DNA from: Paraphysomonas bandaiensis
Lineage: Eukaryota > Protista > Chrysophyceae
Assembly (NCBI GenBank): GCA_965644295.1
Contig: CBFFRP010000064.1
Span: 62,001-126,000 of the forward strand
Length of the DNA stretch: 64,000 bases
Reading direction: 5' to 3'
Part shown: piece after piece, positions 62,759 through 64,000 of the stretch
Numbering within the stretch: the stretch's first letter is position 1
Layout of the letters: each line of letters begins with the position of its first letter
The notes under the pieces: model-generated
What the model was told of the DNA's origin: nothing
The model's database searches: none
Seen by the model: only the letters and a program-made list of their open reading frames with translations
Program-made: the position numbers and the translations under genes

Positions 62759-63617
62759 CTATTTCAAAACGCGCTCCCGCAAGCTCTTGCGGATATGAGA
62801 ATTGGACACACCGGCTATACCATACGCCCCCATTACTCTTATCATTCTCATTGCAGTCGACTCAAAGTATATATTTTTGAGTTGGGTTGCTCGCGATAGC
62901 CAAGTCACCTTGGTGCGGTTGTAAAAGTCAAGTGCAAGAAGATGTACAGGAGTTAGGCACATCTGCGCAAATACTGGCACTGTTATTTGACAGATGCTTT
63001 CAGCGAGGTGAGGTTCTTTAACGGCTTTGGACTGGACTAAATAGTCAGCAGCCATGGATGGAAAGTTAAATGCAGCCCCAATGGTAAGTATATCTCGAGC
63101 AAAAAATAGACCCCACGAGGCCAGAGGCAGTTTCGGTGCCTTTTTCTTACTATAAACTTGTGCAAAATATCGATCTTTAGTGATTCCTAGGGCCATATTT
63201 ACCGCAGTAGTTCCGGCCAGTTTCGGGTAAAAACTATCTTGTTGGTTCAACTCACAATAGGTAAGAATGGTGTTTGCAGCAGAGTATGTACCTCCGTATA
63301 CGATGCACACTGCCAAAAAGGTAGGATGCGACATGAATTTAACGGGCGACAAAATGAATGTTTTAAAATTGCTAAATGCTGTATGAAAAATGTTCACTCT
63401 ATTGAATGCGGCCTAAAAAAGGTTAACATATATCACTGTAGTATGTATCGTATCGTACCTTTTGTGTGACAGTTTGATCGACAATTTTAATGAATGGCGC
63501 AACAAGAAAAGCAGAGGTACATGCAGATACAACATCCGCTAGATAGAGTTTTATCTTCCTATCATCAAATGTTGTGCCTGGTATGGGAAAAAGAACTGTA
63601 CTTTCACTTCTTGCCAT
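62759..63617 (-). CDS. Conserved hypothetical membrane protein (divergent mitochondrial carrier-like), 2 exons
   Basis: LVAPFIKIVD, YGGTYSAAN, KDRYFA, RDILTI, TPVHLLALDFYNR and AYGIAGVSN motifs; several hydrophobic helices. Confidence 0.7.
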
Positions 63618-64000
63618 GATGGTATGTTCACTTGATGGTTATCCTTATAGTGTGACACGTTCCTTATAGGAGATACAAACAACCACTTCTAAGCACTTAA
63701 TATGACTGTATATTGCATATATATTGCATAATATCATGAATTATTATACAGATTGATTCTTATTCTCTGTTCTAGTTGAATGAGAAGCCATATGTCATCA
63801 TGTACATGAACTGCACGAATTATTCACTCACCACAAGAGGTTATACAGAATATTATATGAGGATTCCAACTGCCCATTTGCATACATATACATACATATA
63901 TATACATACACGTTGCTCCGACGTGGATTTTTTTCCCTCTGGACAAACCATGTCCACTAAATATTATACACTTGTATTTTGATGTATTCTGGATTGGTGT

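Overview
Gene-dense, AT-rich eukaryotic nuclear DNA with short, mostly ~45-100 nt GT-AG introns. The ARF1/ARPC4/UGDH sequences and a CCCTAA tract fit a stramenopile-like protist (inference only). About 24 protein-coding loci can be supported. Well-recognised ones: SET-domain protein, ARPC4, adenosine deaminase-like, GST, GH92 alpha-mannosidase, amino-acid transporter, ARF1, NR2C2AP, PSP1-domain protein, UGDH. Less usual ones: a PaaK-like adenylate-forming ligase, a JmjC-like protein, a vWA protein with a CaaX box, a bacterial-like secreted protein, a Mit_KHE1-like protein, an ankyrin protein with a C-terminal F-box-like motif, and two TPR proteins. Intergenic DNA holds decayed transposons (Copia, hAT, Harbinger, an unidentified composite element), a ~680 bp TATG/TAGG satellite and eight copies of a ~140-150 bp structured element, seven of which sit just upstream of start codons. 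The most unusual structures are (i) a ~500 bp fold-back made from two different Copia RNase H lineages joined back-to-back at nearly the same codon, (ii) a second fold-back 4 kb away, and (iii) the promoter-associated multi-hairpin element. No rRNA, tRNA or CRISPR array could be supported. All homology calls are from motif recognition, not database searches.
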